Assembly: GCF_009914755.1 (NCBI RefSeq)
Contig: NC_060928.1
Strand: one strand, 5' to 3'
DNA length: 64,000 bases
From: the human T2T-CHM13v2.0 reference genome, Homo sapiens
The notes under the pieces are model-generated. The model made no database searches, was not told the DNA's origin, and saw nothing but the letters and a program-made list of their open reading frames with translations. A program made the translations under genes and the position numbers. Below, piece after piece: positions 1-15,545 of the stretch (position 1 is its first letter; every line of letters begins with the position of its first letter).

Positions 1-486
1 AACAGTGTGGCTCAGATATGTTAGAGTTGCTATTTAATCCTAGATCTCTCTTATTAACTATCCTTGTTCTTCCCCTGATGCAAAAATAACAATATATTGA
101 ATCACATGCTAAGAATTAACAATCAAGCTCCAGGTTACCTGTAAAATGCTTTGCGCAGGTTACATACAGGTGGGAAGCATCTCCCTGTCTCCATGGTGCC
201 TGTCTTACAGAGCTAAACCAAAAAGCTGTGTGTCCTTAATTGCAAAAGGTCATTAGGAGCCCCACATGTGCCAAGAAATCAAGGAAAGAAGAGATTACAA
301 AGGTCTAGAAAACAGAGAGAGAGTGACTTTTAACCTGAAAGCAGGAGAAGAGGGAAGATCTGATTGGTCTCATGTAGGGCCCTGTAAAAATTATTTATCC
401 CTTCCCCACCCTGCTCCATAAGGCCCCTGGATGATTCTAATGTACAATCAGGGTTGAGAACCACTGATGTAGGAGCCAGAGGAAAG

Positions 487-690
487 AGGTTGAGCATGGA
501 CTTTGGAATCAGACTGCCTGGATCTAATACAGGCTGACATTCATGAATTATACAGCATTCCAAACTTACTTAACCTGTCTTTGCCTCAGTTTCCTCACTT
601 GTAAAATAGGAAAGATATAGTACATGCCTCAGAGTGTGTGTGAGGATGAAATGCAAAGGGCCTAGAAAAGTGCCTGGCATATATAAGTTC
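487..690 (+). mobile_element. MIR SINE
   Basis: MIR core: acttaacctgtctttgcctcagtttcctcacttgtaaaatagg ... gtgcctggcatat. Confidence 0.75.
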
Positions 691-792
691 TAGGCTAATA
701 TTGGAAGACCTCAAATGTCTAGTGAAGGATTTCTGTAAGCCAACAATGTTAAAATGTTCTCTTACAAATGATGGGGACGCAAGATGGCAGCT

Positions 793-1095
793 TTTCTTCT
801 TTCTTTCCTGTCTTTCTTCTCTCTCTCTTTCTCTCTTTCTTTCTGAGACAAGGTCTTCCTCCATCACCCATGCTGCTGTGCTGTGACATGATCATACCTC
901 AATGCAGCCTCAAACTTCTAGGCTCAAGCAACCCATCTGCCTCAGCCTCCCAAGTAACTGGGACTACAGGCACGCGTGTCTGGCTAATTTTTTTTCTTTT
1001 CTTTTTTTTTTTTTTTTTTTTGAGAGACGAGGTCTTGCTATGTTGCCCATGCTGGTCTCAAACTCCTGGCCTCTAGAGATCCTCCTGCCTTGGCT
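793..1095 (-). mobile_element. AluJ-type SINE with degenerate CT-rich tail
   Basis: ggctcaagcaacccatctgcctcagcctcc; tgttgcccatgctggtctcaaactcctggcct. Confidence 0.85.
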
Positions 1096-2899
1096 TGCTT
1101 TCTTTTATATTTAAATTGTACAATTAAACGCAAAAACAAAGATAATCTTGTATTAAGTCCACCTCCAGCACCTCCCCCAGACCAAATTTTTAAACAGGAA
1201 AATGATCTAATAAAATTCATTTTTAGGCAAATGAATTTTGTTGAGTAAACTCAAACAAGTTTTTAATCCTAGTGCAAAGAAATGGAACAAGTTAAAATGC
1301 AAAATAGAATAGCAGAGCAGTGGTACTATCTGTCCATATTCACATTACAGGCTCTAAAAATTATTCATGTTTGAAATACTGGGAAGGTGAATAAGAGCAT
1401 CTATGATTATCGGATAACGCAATTTTTTAATCCTATAGTTGAACTATATTTCCTCAAGTAATGTACCTTCATTAAGACACGTTAAACTTTCCATATACAC
1501 TTTCAAAAATGAGATTTCTCTTTTTATAAATTCTTTACATTTCCAAGAGAAAGGTAAAGCAAACAATCTAAGATCCTCCATTTAAAAATGAAGAAACTGA
1601 GTGTCAGAGGGACTTGCCAAAGCTGCCAATAAGCGAGATGAACACTGATTTCTTAAATAGCAACGCCAGTGGTAAGGTAACAGAGAGGCCTAGGCAGCAG
1701 GATGAACTGGCACCCAAAAATCGCTGAGGCTCTCACAACTTGATAATCCCCCATCTCCAAACACAGTCCAGTGAGATCCTGTGTCTTGGTTATGAGAACA
1801 ACCTCACAGCTGATCACTGTCTCCTGCTGAACCACTGCAGCCAACCCGCCATCAAGTCCTCCAGCTTCTACATCTTTAAGGGCTCCTAAATTCACCCCCT
1901 TTCGCTCACCCCATCAGCCTCGCTCTTGGATTCCTCACTTGTGGCCCTGTCTTTGCAGTCTCTACCCTTTCTAATGCAACATCCACTCTCCCACACCACC
2001 CACTGAGCTTACCCAAGCCTTTGCGCTAAGGAGGAAAAGCTGAGGCCTAACATATTTGTGCTATTTTATAATCAGGAGCTTCTGCATGTCATTCTTCAGC
2101 CTTGGATGGTGCTGCCCAATCCAACTGTGGGTAGAAAGGTTGACATCTTCTCTCTAATCCTTTCTATGCTAAACAGCTGTCTCACCATGAGTTTGGAGAA
2201 AAAATTACCACCAGTCATGTTACACTATGGTGTCATGCAGGAGACTAAAATTCAGTAAGCTTTAAGCACTTAGGATGCAAAAAAGAACAGATGCCTGAAA
2301 TAACTACATGATATGCATGGGAAGCAGCGACTTACACACCCTTTCAAGGAGGTGGGGAGAACTCCTTCATAAGGCCAGGACAAACTAGCCTGCATCTAAA
2401 GAAGACTTAAGTAGAGTGCCTAGACAATGTCAGGGTGGGCTTCCTCATGTTTTACGCGAAACAAACCCCACAAAGCCAGCGTTTCAACCAGAGCAGTTTG
2501 TGAGGATGATGGCTCCGAATCTAGGCCCTGGATTGGCTCTACTGGCCCACGGTGGACACTGTCCAGGCTCCCCCTCCGGCTCCAGGGCCAGGCGAGGGCA
2601 AGAAAAGATGACTCACACACTCCCCAGTACAAGGTCTCCTTGGTATGGGGTCAGGATAGCTCGACCTCCAATTTGCTCTCAGAGGCACAGGCTGAATTCC
2701 CAGGATTACTGGACAATATGCCAAGGAGGAGCACAGACTTCTGTTTTCTAAAATGCTTATAATGCACCATCAGGGCAGAAAAACCAGGGGGAGAAATGTA
2801 CTTAATCATCACTGACTGATCAGGCCCTGGAACTAGAACATGTTACTTTATTACAACATGTGATTAAAACCGAAAACAGCAATGAATTAACTAAATGTC

Positions 2900-3185
2900 T
2901 ATTCACTCATTCAATATCACTTACGTAACGCTATGCACCAGAGTTTTATACTGTCCTACAAACATTAACTCATTTAATTCTCATTAATGACCTAATAAGA
3001 TTGTCATTATTTTATACATGAGAAAACTGATTATCCTGGTTTTACATAGGAGAAAACTGAGGCCCATAAAGGTTAAGCACTGTGCTCAATATCCCTCAGC
3101 TAGTACATAGCAGAACTGGATTAAAACCCAGTTAATCTGTCTCTAGAATCTTTACACCTAATTACTGTCCATATTGCCTACCATG
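2900..3185 (-). mobile_element. MIR SINE
   Basis: tcatttaattctca ... gaaaactgaggccc ... aaggttaag. Confidence 0.65.
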
Positions 3186-5706
3186 TTATCACTACCTTAA
3201 ATACAAATAAGGTCTGCCAGTAAAAAAATGTGTTCGCCGATCCTCAGGATCACCTTGTCCTATTTTCCTGAGATATATCAACTGTATTTAGAATAAAATT
3301 TGTCTTGTTCCTGCAGAGGTAAACTAACATCAACTTTACCTTCCAAGACACAAGAATGTAAGGAGGTAATATGCCTCTGTCCAGAGAGAATGTATTCACA
3401 GGTGCCTCCGTCTAAGGTCTATGGTCTGTCAAAGAAAGGGATGATTACCAATTCATGTAAGTGGGCGATGTTGTGTTTTCCTACGTACTAAAAACAGTCA
3501 CATAAGACTTTAATAACGGTATTAATTAGGAAATTCAAACTAAGTCATCCTTTTCTAGATAAGGGGAATTCTTGTTCCACAGACACTCAGTGCATACTGT
3601 TTCTCATAAAGAAAAACTTACAACTCATGTATGTATGTCTTCCCTAAAGTTGAGGGCTTTTTTTCTTTTTAGATTTTTTTTTTCCCTGAAGGGAGGCACT
3701 CCCAGCAAAAAGAAGCAAGTAGATTTGCAGTGACTTTTCTTCGCAAAATAGTACTGCATAATAAGATCAATGATGATAATATACCCCCCAAAATAATATT
3801 ACTGCCAATATATCAGAAAGGTGTCCCTATTAGACTTACTACATCTTAAAACACTAAATTAGAACACAGTAGCACTGGTGGTTTTTGTTTGTTTTGTATC
3901 TTCAATCCTCAGCCCAATGACTGGCACATAATAGGTACTCCATTAATATTTACTGAATAAGTAAATTAAAGTAAGCACCTGTGTTTGGATTATCTATATC
4001 ATTGCTCCAATCCAAAATCAAAGACTTCATTATCTCTCCAAGGAGAATAGTTTTGTGATACTAATTCGCTGGTGTACAAACACTATTGTCAGAGCAAAAC
4101 TATCAACTAATACAAAATAGGCAGTCAGGACATTTAAGGAGCATAATAAAAAATAGATTATATTCATGTAAGCATAAATCAAATAGCAAAGCAGTTTAAG
4201 TTTTAAGAAAAAGATCTAGGTTTTTTTATTTGATAAAAAGAGAGAGAAAGATGTGGACAACGAAAGAAACTAAACACTAGGAAGAATACAGAATTTCTTT
4301 CTCTGAAGGTCTTTAGAATAAGTAAGACATCACCTGTTTCACAGAATTTAGGGTTATTTTTGCAAGAAGACAAAGTTCACCTAGATAGCATATACTAGCT
4401 CTAGAATTCCTTGGTTATGGCATATGAAACAAAATATACAACTAAGCCAAACCAGCAAATGAAGAAGCTGAAAGTGCCACTTCTTAGGAGAGGAATAACA
4501 ATTTGAGGCTATCATGAATTTACATAAGACAAACATTTCAAAAATTTATCCTAGTGCCTAACAAACTTTCCTTAAAAGATCTTTTCTTTCAAATTAAAAA
4601 CAGTAGCTTTATTAATGCACAACCCATTTCAAATTTGAAACACAACTCTAAACCGTACCTTGTGGAATGGAAAGCCATAATTGTAATGTGGAATGAGACC
4701 AACTGAAATCAATACAAGAAATTTGAAGTAAGTAAATACTTTTTTTCCTGGGGGTAGTATAAAATGTATGAAATTACAGTAGTAAGAAGTTATTAATCTG
4801 AAATTATAAAGTGGAATGGAGGACTTCAAAATATTCAAAGATTTTTCAAAGATTCTGAAAGCAAAGAAAACCATACTGTGCTCTGGAAAAACTTACCTTT
4901 TAGAAAAACAGCATTTCATATGCACAGATGCTTGCCCACGTTGTACTGCAAAGAAACAGCAAAATGGATCCCAGCAAGCCTAGCACTGATTAAAGCTGCA
5001 TTTTCAGATTCATAGGTATTCACTGACTGGCTTCTACACAAACATTCATTATTCAATAGCTAATCCAACTTAATCATTAAACCTGAACCAGGTGAGAACA
5101 GGAACTGTCAAGTTACTTACACAATAGAACATTCTATCAACGAGATTTATGAAAACTTCAACAATCACTGGGCAAAAAATCACTAGTAGCAGAATGTTAT
5201 CTTCAGGTCAGAGGAACTAACTAGTAGGCACTCCAAACTGCTTGCTAAATAAAAGAATAAAAGAATGTGCGTTCAGTGGGGGGAAATGGCTTTTCAAAAC
5301 GACTTTTTTTTTTTCAAATAAAATGACTGCTGTTTAAAACAGTTATTTGTGGATTTGACCCAACTGCTCATGTTCCAAATGGGTCACTGTCCCTGACCAC
5401 TGGGATCCTCACCATGGGGGCAGAGGTGAGGCAGCTGTGTGTGACTATCCCAGCACAGGCATCAGGGACTATTTGTCTATGATCCTATCTTCAATGGGAT
5501 TTTTAGAGTTTTCTATCACTTGGTGTTAAAAAAAAATTTAGCTCTTCAATTCTTATTTTCTCCAACCTTATTTTCTGCTTATAGTGGAGAGTTTACGAGA
5601 TATGCAAAATATAAGGAGGAAAATAAAATCAGTCCATAATAACATCACCTAGAAAGAAACTCTTTTATCACTGTAATAATATATGCTTTTCCATTTTATG
5701 CACATA

Positions 5707-6043
5707 ACTTGACCCTGTGTATCCATGGGTTCCACACCCACATCCGTGGATTCAACCAACCATGGACGGAAAATATTTTTTTAAAAAGGATGCTGCACCT
5801 GTACTGAACATGTGCAGATTTTTTTCTTGTTACTATTCTCTAACCAAAACAGTATAACAACTATTTACATAGTACATACATTGTATTGGGTTTTATAAGT
5901 AATCCAGAGAAATAAACAGGAGGATGTCTGTAGGTTATACACAAATACTGCACCTTTTTACCACCAACCTGAGCATCCACAGAGTTTGGTATCCAGAGGG
6001 AGTCCTGAAACCAATCCCCTGAGGATACCAAGGGATGACCATA
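5707..6043. mobile_element. MER2 (Tigger-family MITE)
   Basis: ttgaccctgtgtatccatgggttcc ... ggattcaaccaacc ... gaaaccaatcccctgaggataccaagggatgac; complementary termini. Confidence 0.8.
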
Positions 6044-6171
6044 TAGCCCTCATATAAGTTAAACCATATTATATGTAATTCCTGTATTCTACTTACTTTA
6101 CTCAACACCATGAGTACATGTAATTACAAATTCTTCTAAAAAATTACCTTCAATGGCTACATAACATTTCA

Positions 6172-6562
<391 letters not shown>

Positions 6563-9019
6563 TCACAAGGACAAATTATGCTGTAATGAACATCTTTTTG
6601 CTAAACTATACCAGAGTATTTTTGTTCACTGAACCTGTGTCTGATTTTGTCATTCCTTAACATAACAGCTTTAAAAAGGAGTTACAAAGTTAAAAGTTAG
6701 GAGCATTTCTAAAATATAGCCACATTTTTGCGACATGGTTCCTCATTCTGTTTGCCTCACAGCACCCCTCCCAGCCTCCTAGGCAGGCAGGCCACACTCC
6801 AGGACCATTGCTGCCACCTCTCTCTCACTGTCGGTCAGAATGACTGCATTTTAAAAACAGTAAACAACATGATTATTCTAATGCAATTAAACCCAATTCT
6901 TTCACTCGTTAGTGATTATTTTGTGAGGGAAAATCTATATGAGGGAAAATAAGACCTCAGTTTCCTCATCTGGAAAATGAGGGGAGTCACACTACATGAC
7001 CTCTCAGACTGTTTTGCGTTCTAACATTTTATGATTCTTATCTTTTGCTGTGGAGACACCGAGTGTTTGGGATCACAGGACACTAACAGAATAACAAAAT
7101 GTAACCTATTCACTTAAAGCTGTTCAGCTGTTATTTAATCTTGCTTCTCTGGAAGCAGATCATGAACAATAACTCGGCAAATTGGAAATACTTAAATACG
7201 AATGCCATACTGTTTTATAAAAAGAAAGATAACATTTACTTCTGGTATTTAAATACATAACCCAGTTTTTGATTCTCAATTCAGGCTCCATAAAACCAGA
7301 TGCCACAGCTGGAAATTCTGATTCAAACTTGTAACTTCACAGAAAACCAGATGCTATATTAAAGATAAGGTTTCCTGGAGAAGTATAGCATTTTAAAAGG
7401 CAACTGAAAATCTGTATTAGATTTTCTCAGAAAAACAGAAAGCTCCAGGATACTCCTAAGCATTAAGAACCTGCACATTAATGGAAAGATGAAGCTGCCA
7501 ATCTGCAGTTAATATGTCTAAACAGCATAGAACATACTCATTTGATGTACACACAAAGACCTCTATTAGGTGTAATATACCTAAAAGTATCTGCCAGATA
7601 CCTCGAAAGCACTATAGGCAAAAGGGAAACAAATGACAGCACTTTTTTTTAATTTGGTGAAAATTACATTAGTATAAAATGTACCAAAACCACCCTAACA
7701 TTGTTTTAGTAAAGAATTTGAGTGGAACCTTCTTATTACCTGAAAAACAGTAAAAATTACCTAAAACAATGTAATTGGGAAAACAGAGAAAAAGAATTTA
7801 GGGAAATGGGCAGTGTTACTAAGTTAGCAAGAAGCTAGGAGTCAATAAAAACTGTCCTTGTAAAAGAATATTTCTGTTCTTGAAAATTCATGGCATAAAA
7901 GACTACTCAAGGATAAAACTTTTCCTTTTATATCTTTTCAAATGAAACTGAAAAGGTTCACAGGTTTGGAGTCAAATTTTACATAAAAAGTTTTTCCCTG
8001 TATTCATTATCAGTGAAAAAAAAATATTGAGTTCTTACTGGATGCCTTGAGTTGAGGAAACTGTGTTGAAGAAAAAAAAATACACAGCTCTTTGCCCTGT
8101 TGTAGCTCTCAGCAGCAGTCCACACAACGGAGGGATGGGTATCCCTGGAAGTGGAGGCTGAATTGCTAAGGTGTGTGTGCAGCACATGTAATTTCAAGGG
8201 AACTGATGTCTAGGTCCCTAACCTTCATCTGTCTTCCTATGCAGATCTGCATGAGAATCTGCCATGACACACACTTCATCGGCTCTACTTTCCCACATGC
8301 CCGATGCAATCTCCTCCTACTTCAGAAAACACAGAGTTCTCACCAAACCCAACCCCACTATGCTGCGCTGTCCCGGATATAAAAACCTCAAACAAAACAA
8401 CGCTCAGAAATCCTGGGGAAGCTGAGAACGTGAATGACTCTAATGACTGGACAACAGAGCCTCTCACAAGTCAAGGGCTCCCAATTTTTTTCCATCCAAC
8501 AAAATTAATAGAGAATCTAACTGAGTTGTCGTCTGGCAGGTCACTAAAAAAAGTTAATGACAGTTTCGGCATGTAATTCAGAGGAAGTTCCAAGAACTGC
8601 GTGGGGTGGCAGTGCCCTAACAAAAGCTCCCTTCTTATCTCCTTGTTTATGTAAATGAGGGTTCTCAGCTCTTAACGTCACTAAGAAATGAAAGTTAAGA
8701 ATGAAATTGATATTAAACCTTGTCAGATTCTTTAAAAAAGTAATATTCATCTACTTGCACACAACATCAGTAGAAAAAACTAAACCTATGCATCACCTTG
8801 AGAGGCTCTTCTGATAAAATAGTGTATTTTTATTGTTGTTGTTTAATCCACACACACTAGTAATAATTACAAAGGTAACTCAACACAGAACTCAACATAC
8901 AACACTTAGAGACTTTCAGTCATCACTGGAAATTTTTTTAAAAATTAAATTTCAATTTGCATATCTATTTCTGTCGCACAGAACTATGATAAAATGATCA
9001 ATAAAAGATTTCTGGGTCA

Positions 9020-9112
9020 CAGGAGCACCAAAATCTCAGAAATCACCACTAAAGAACTTATCCACGTAACCAAAACAACCTGTTCCCCAAAAATTACTGA
9101 AATAAAAATTTT
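9020..9112 (+). mobile_element. L1 3'-end fragment (L1PB-like)
   Basis: caaaatctcagaaatcaccactaaagaacttatccacgtaaccaaa ... gaaataaaa. Confidence 0.7.
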
Positions 9113-10597
9113 AAAAATATTTCCAAGCATAAACCGGGATAGGATATTATGTGGGGAAAGTGAAATGGAAATGTGAGTTCAAGGAGGAAAAGGTTGTAAA
9201 ATTGATGACTGTAAAGTTTTTTGAGAATGTTTTTTTCAACAAATGATGGTGGATATCAAATATGGTATTCAGATTCCATGAGATATATTTAAAAGAGTGA
9301 TAAAAACTTCCACTTTAAAATGTCAAGTTTTATAGCACACTGAAAACTATATCCTTTGCAATTATTTAAACTTACGATAAAGAATTATAGATGTCAGATT
9401 AATAGATACATATGAGCGGTTACTCAGTTTTTTTCAAAATTCTTTTAGGGGATACATGAATAAAAATGTGTAAAGGTCACTGACTTACACATCTGGTAGG
9501 GAGAAAAACACTAAACACGTATTTACAAATAAAATTCTATGAAGCAAAAACATAAGCATACCATGAGAGCTGCCTGAAACAGAGGAACAGCGTTTGTAAA
9601 GGCTGTGAGGTGGAGGAGAACATAAAATGTTCAAGGAATCAAGCTGGATCATGCCATGCTTTCTAATCTAGAGTAGAGATTACTTATTTTTTTTTCTAAA
9701 GAGATACCTGGAAGGGAGTGTTTTAATCAGGAAAATGATCTATTCAGATTTACTTCTTATGTATTTATTATCTCTCAGAAAAAATCTGTTGCTTATCAGT
9801 AAAAACAGGGAATTCATTCATTCATTCATCCATCAAATCTTAACTGAATATCTGTTTTGTGCCAGACTTTATTAGGCACTCAGGATACAGGAGTACACAG
9901 ACAATAAAGCTCTGATACCTCTCGAAACTTAGCAAGAAGTATTTACTTTCAGAGAAGGAAAAGTGAAGTTAAATGGGAGACTAAGAGAAAATATTTGCAA
10001 ATTATACACATGACAAAGGACTTGTTGTTCAGAATGTATAAAGTACTCTCAAAGTCAAAACTAAGAAAACAAAAAACTAAATTAAAAATAGGCAAAAGAC
10101 TTGAACAGACACTTCACTAAAGAAGGCAAGGGGGGCACATGAAAGATGTTTGGCTTCATTAGCTATTAGAGAAATGCTAATTAACAATGATGTATCACTA
10201 CACACCTATTAAAATAGCTGAAATAAAAAATACTAAAAATACCAAGTGTTGGTGAGAATGTGAAATAACTAGAATTCTCATACATTGTTGGTGGGAGCAC
10301 AAAATTGTACAGCCACTTTAGAAAATAAGTAGCTGTTTAAAAAAAAAATAGTAGCCTTATTGAGCCCTAATTCACATAGCAAACAATTCATCCATTTAAA
10401 TTGTGCAATTCCATGGTTTTTAGTGTATTTGAAAGTTGTGCAATCATATTTCCACAATCTGTTTTAGAACATTTTCATCACCCCCAAAATCCCATACCCA
10501 TTAGTGGTCACTCCCCATTTCCCCCAACACCCCCAGTGCTGGGCAACCGATTTACTTTCTGACTCTATGGATTTGCCTGTTCTGGACATTTCATATA

Positions 10598-11343
10598 CAG
10601 CAGTTCCTTCACTTACCGTGGGGTTATGTCCCAATAAATCCATAATAAATTGAAAATATGGGAAGTCAAAAATGCATTTAATACACCTAACCTACCAAAC
10701 ATCATAGCTTAGCCTTGCCTACCTTAAGTGTGCTCAGTACACTTACAGATGTATTTACCTACAGTTGAACAAAATCATATCCAAAGAATGCTGGCAACAC
10801 AGTACACTGCAAAGTATGGGTTGTTTACCCTCATAATTGCATGGCTGACTGAGAGCTGATGTCGAGCATCAAGAGGGAGTGTCATACCGCACATTGCTAG
10901 CCTGGGAAAAGATCAAAATCCAAAACTCGAAGTATGGGGATGGGTGTGGTGGCTCACGCCTGCAATCCCAGCACTCTGGGAGGCCGAGGCAGGCGGATCA
11001 CTTGAGGCCAGGTGTTCGAGACCAGCCTGGCCAACACGGCGAAACTCCATCTCTGCTAAAAATAAAAAAAAAAAAAAAATCAGCCAGGCATGGTGGTGCA
11101 CATCTGTAATCCCAGCTACTCAGGAGGCTGAGGCATGACAATCACTTGAACCTGGGAGGTGGAGGTTGCAGTGATCTGACATCAAGCACTGCACTCCAGC
11201 CTGGGTGACAGAGACTCTGTCTCAAAAAACAAAAACAAAAACGAAAAATCGAAGTATGGTTTCTACTGAATGCTTATCACTTTTGCAGCACTGTGAAAGT
11301 TGAAAAATCATGTCCTGAACCTTAGTAAGTCGGAGACCATGTG
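10598..11343. mobile_element. Tigger4/Zombi-family DNA transposon, split by an Alu
   Basis: cacttaccgtggggttatgtcccaataaa ... gtaagtcggagaccatgtg termini flanked by TA. Confidence 0.8.
10938..11248 (+). mobile_element. AluS (Sz/Sx-like)
   Basis: Dimer with tail; TSD tcgaagtatgg. Confidence 0.93.
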
Positions 11344-12064
11344 TAAATGGACTTATGCAATAAGTGGCCCTTTGTGCCTGTTTTTTAATTTAACTTAGCA
11401 TATTTTCAAGGTTTATCCATATTGTAGCAGGTACCAGTACTTCATTTTTTATTGCCAAATAATATTCCATTGTATGGATATACATTTTATTTATCCATTC
11501 ATCAGTTGATGAATACTCAGATTGTTTTCACTACTTGAGTATTATGAATGATGCCGCTATGAACATTTGTGTACAGGCAGTTTCTTATACCATTAAACAT
11601 ACACTCACCAGATAACTTAGGAATCCCCTAGGTATTTGCCCTAGAGAAATGAAAATGTATGCTCATGCAAAAATCTGTATACAAACATTTGTAGCAGTTC
11701 TATTCATAATTGTCAAAAACTAGATACAACACAAATGTCCTTCAACAGGTGATAGATAATTGTAGTAACTTCATGTAACGGATACTACTTAGTAATAAAG
11801 AAGGAACTATTGATACACACACATCTAGAATCAACCTTAAAGGCATTATGCCGACTAAAAGAAGTCAGTTTCAAAGGGTATATATGATCTCATTTATATG
11901 ATGTTATTGAAAAGACAAAATTATAGCAATGGAGAACCGTTTGTGGGTTCACGGGAGTGGGTGTGACCACAAACGGACAGCATGGGAGTTTCTGAAGGGA
12001 GATGGAACTGTTCTGCATCCTAATAGGGAAATGGCTATACAAAACACACATACACACACAGGGA

Positions 12065-12390
12065 GAGAGTACAAGACCCCCCGTGGATGCCTGAAACCAA
12101 GGATAGCATTGAACTCTATAGATACTATGTTTTTTCTATACATACATACCTATGATAAAGTTTAATTTACAAATTAGGTAGAGTTAGAGAATAAATGCAA
12201 TAATAATAAAATAGAAGAATTCTCACAAGTTATGTGAATGTGGTCTCTTTCTCTCCAAGTATCTTATTGTACTGTACTCACCTTTCTTTTTGTGATGAAG
12301 TGAGAGGATAAAATTCGAACCACAGTTGACCATGAGTAACTGAAACTGGAAAATTAAACTGTGGATAACATGGGGGATGGGACTATTGTA
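12065..12390. mobile_element. MER44/Tigger7-family fragment
   Basis: caagaccccccgtggatgcctgaaacc ... gagtaactgaaact ... gtggataa ... gggactattgta. Confidence 0.75.
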
Positions 12391-12484
12391 CATAAAATGC
12401 TAAAATTCAGAGAACTGTATTAGCAAAAAGGTCAAGCTTACTGTATGCTAATCTACAAATAACACTTAAATTTTTAAAAAGCAG

Positions 12485-13278
<794 letters not shown>

Positions 13279-13983
13279 GTTAAAAAGCGGCAGCTAGCTA
13301 GAAAAATATACGAGTTTCCTAGTCCCTTATGTTCTAGCCTAGAAAGGAAGCATTCCGTATTTACTGCCTGCTTACCACTGATCGGTCACCATGCCACAGA
13401 GGCGACCTCAGAACAAATGACCTTGGCTATCCTAACACAAAAGTAAAAGGTATTCTGAGTCCAATTATAGGATGTTTTTAACTTCAACACTAGCTGGCCT
13501 TCCATCACTGCTCAGGAGAATTATTAATCACTATTAAATAAAATGGATCATGGCTGACACTCCCCCTAGTGCACAGGACACTGAAGTGCCCGTGTGAAAA
13601 GCACCTGCTTTTAGGACTTCAACTTAGGGCTCATATCTGAAACCACTGTTACTTTGTTTTTGTTTTTTGTCTGTTCATGGTGTCTTAAGTATGTCATATG
13701 TGGACCTCACCACATATCCCCCGTTTTTGCTTCTCTAGAATACAACAACCTATCTCTTTGAACTGTCCCTTCTTGCCTCCCATTTATGGCATATATCCTA
13801 TATTTCACTTGAGAGGATCCCAAAAATCTGGTGAAAATCTTGTTTTTTTTTGTGTGTTGCACAAAGATTATATATAAAATATACATGAGAAGTTTGTTAC
13901 TTGGAGACCAGGAGTGCCAGATTCTAAAATGTCAGGATTATTTTGAAGTTAACAAGAAGGAGCTGCTGTGTAACAACAAACAA

Positions 13984-14940
13984 TTTTTTTTCTTCAACTT
14001 TTATTTTAAGTTCTGGGGTACATGCGCAGGATGTGCAGGTTTGTTACATAGGTAAACATGTGCCGTGGTGGTTTGCTGCACAGATCATCCCATCACCTAG
14101 GTGTTAAGCCCAGCATCCATTAACTATTCTTCCTGATGCTCTCCCTCTCCCTAGTCCCCACTTCGACAGTCCCCAGTGAGTGTTGCTCCCCCACCATGTG
14201 TCCATGTGTTCTCATCATTCAGCTCCCACTTATAAGTGAGAACAGGCAGTGTTATAAGGTTTTCTGTTCTTGTGTCAGTTTGCTGAGGATAATGGCTTCC
14301 AACTCCATCCATGTCCCTGCAAAGGACATGATCGTGTTCCTTTTTATGGCTGCATAGTATTTCATGGTGTATATGTACTGCATTTTCTCTAGCCAGTCTA
14401 TCATTGATGGGCATTTAGGTTGATTCCATGTCTTTGCTATTGTGAATAGTGCTGCAGTGAATGTATGCATGCATGTATCTTTACAACAGAATGATTTATA
14501 TTTCTTTGGATAGATACCCACTAATGGGATTGCTAGGTCAAATGGTATTTCTGCCTCTAGTTATCTGAAGAATTGCCACTGTCTTCCACAATGGTTGAAC
14601 TAATTTACACTCCCACCAACACTGTAAAAGCATTCCTTTTTGTCTGCAACCTCACCAACATCTGTTGTTTTTTGGCTTTTTAGTAATCGCCATTCTAACT
14701 GGCATGAGATGGTATCTCATTGTGGTTTTGATTTGCATTTCTCTAATGATCAGTGATGCTGAGCTTTTTTTCATATGTTTGCTGGCTGCATGTATATCTT
14801 CTTTTGAGAAGTGTCTGTTCATGTCCTTTGCCCACTTTTTAAAGGGTTTTTTTTTTCTTGTAAATTTGTTTAAGTTCCTTGTGGACTCTGGATATTAGAC
14901 CCTTGCCAGGTGGATAGATTACGAAAATTTTCACCCATTC
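13984..14940 (-). mobile_element. L1PA (PA7-10-like) 5'-truncated 3' end
   Basis: ttttattttaagttctggggtacatgcgcagg; the ORF at 14252-14521 is L1 ORF2 C-terminus-like (AALFTIAKTWNQPKCPS). Confidence 0.93.
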
Positions 14941-15049
14941 TTGTGACAAAAAGGCTGTCTTGTAACAAAAATTTAACTTGGAGTCGAAAGACCCTAATTT
15001 AAATGATCATGGGTTTTGGTTACAATCCAGCCATATTTTAGACAAATAA

Positions 15050-15545
15050 TAATAAGTATAATCAATATATTAAAATCAATAATAAGTGTGTTAACAAAGT
15101 ATGGTAAGTGGTGAAAGTGTTACGGGACAAAAAGCAAAAGTAATGCAAAGTAAGGGAAATCTAGGAAGAGTGTAGGGAAAAAGGTGAATTCTAATTTTCA
15201 ACAGGGTGGTCAGGATGAACTTACTGAAAAGATGACATATAAGAAAATGTTTGAAGGAGAAGTAAAAGTTATGCAGGCAGGTATCTCCAGGCAAATACTT
15301 AGGGAAAATCATTCCAAGGAGAGGAAACAATAAGTACAAAGGCCCTAAGACAGGTGTGTATCAAGCATGCGTGAAGAACAGCAAGGAGACTGACTGTCTA
15401 TTAGATACTCAGGTAACAGAAATAATGTCAGGTAGGTAGACAACTATAGATGTTTCTAAGTGTAGGGTTTCAAAGAGGTCTGACCTGGAAATATAAGTCT
15501 GGGAGTTTCTGGACTACAGAGAATATTTAGAACTAGGGGGCTGCA
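15050..15545. mobile_element. L2 fragments
   Basis: ggtggtcagg ... ttccaaggagaggaaacaataagtacaaaggccctaag, typical L2 3' motifs. Confidence 0.55.

Larger units (their letters stand above)
10350..11575 (-). mobile_element. L1MB-like 3' fragment, split by Tigger4
   Basis: ttttagaacattttcatcaccccc, ggatttgcctgttctggacatttcatata | taaatgg, aataatattccattgtatggatatac. Confidence 0.75.
9970..12040 (+). mobile_element. Old L1M element (9970-10330 and 11576-12040), split by nested insertions
   Basis: L1 ORF2-end/3'UTR motifs (gagaaaatatttgcaaa, ggcaaaagacttgaacagacacttcac, gccactttagaaaa | ggcagtttctta) continue across the gap. Confidence 0.75.
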
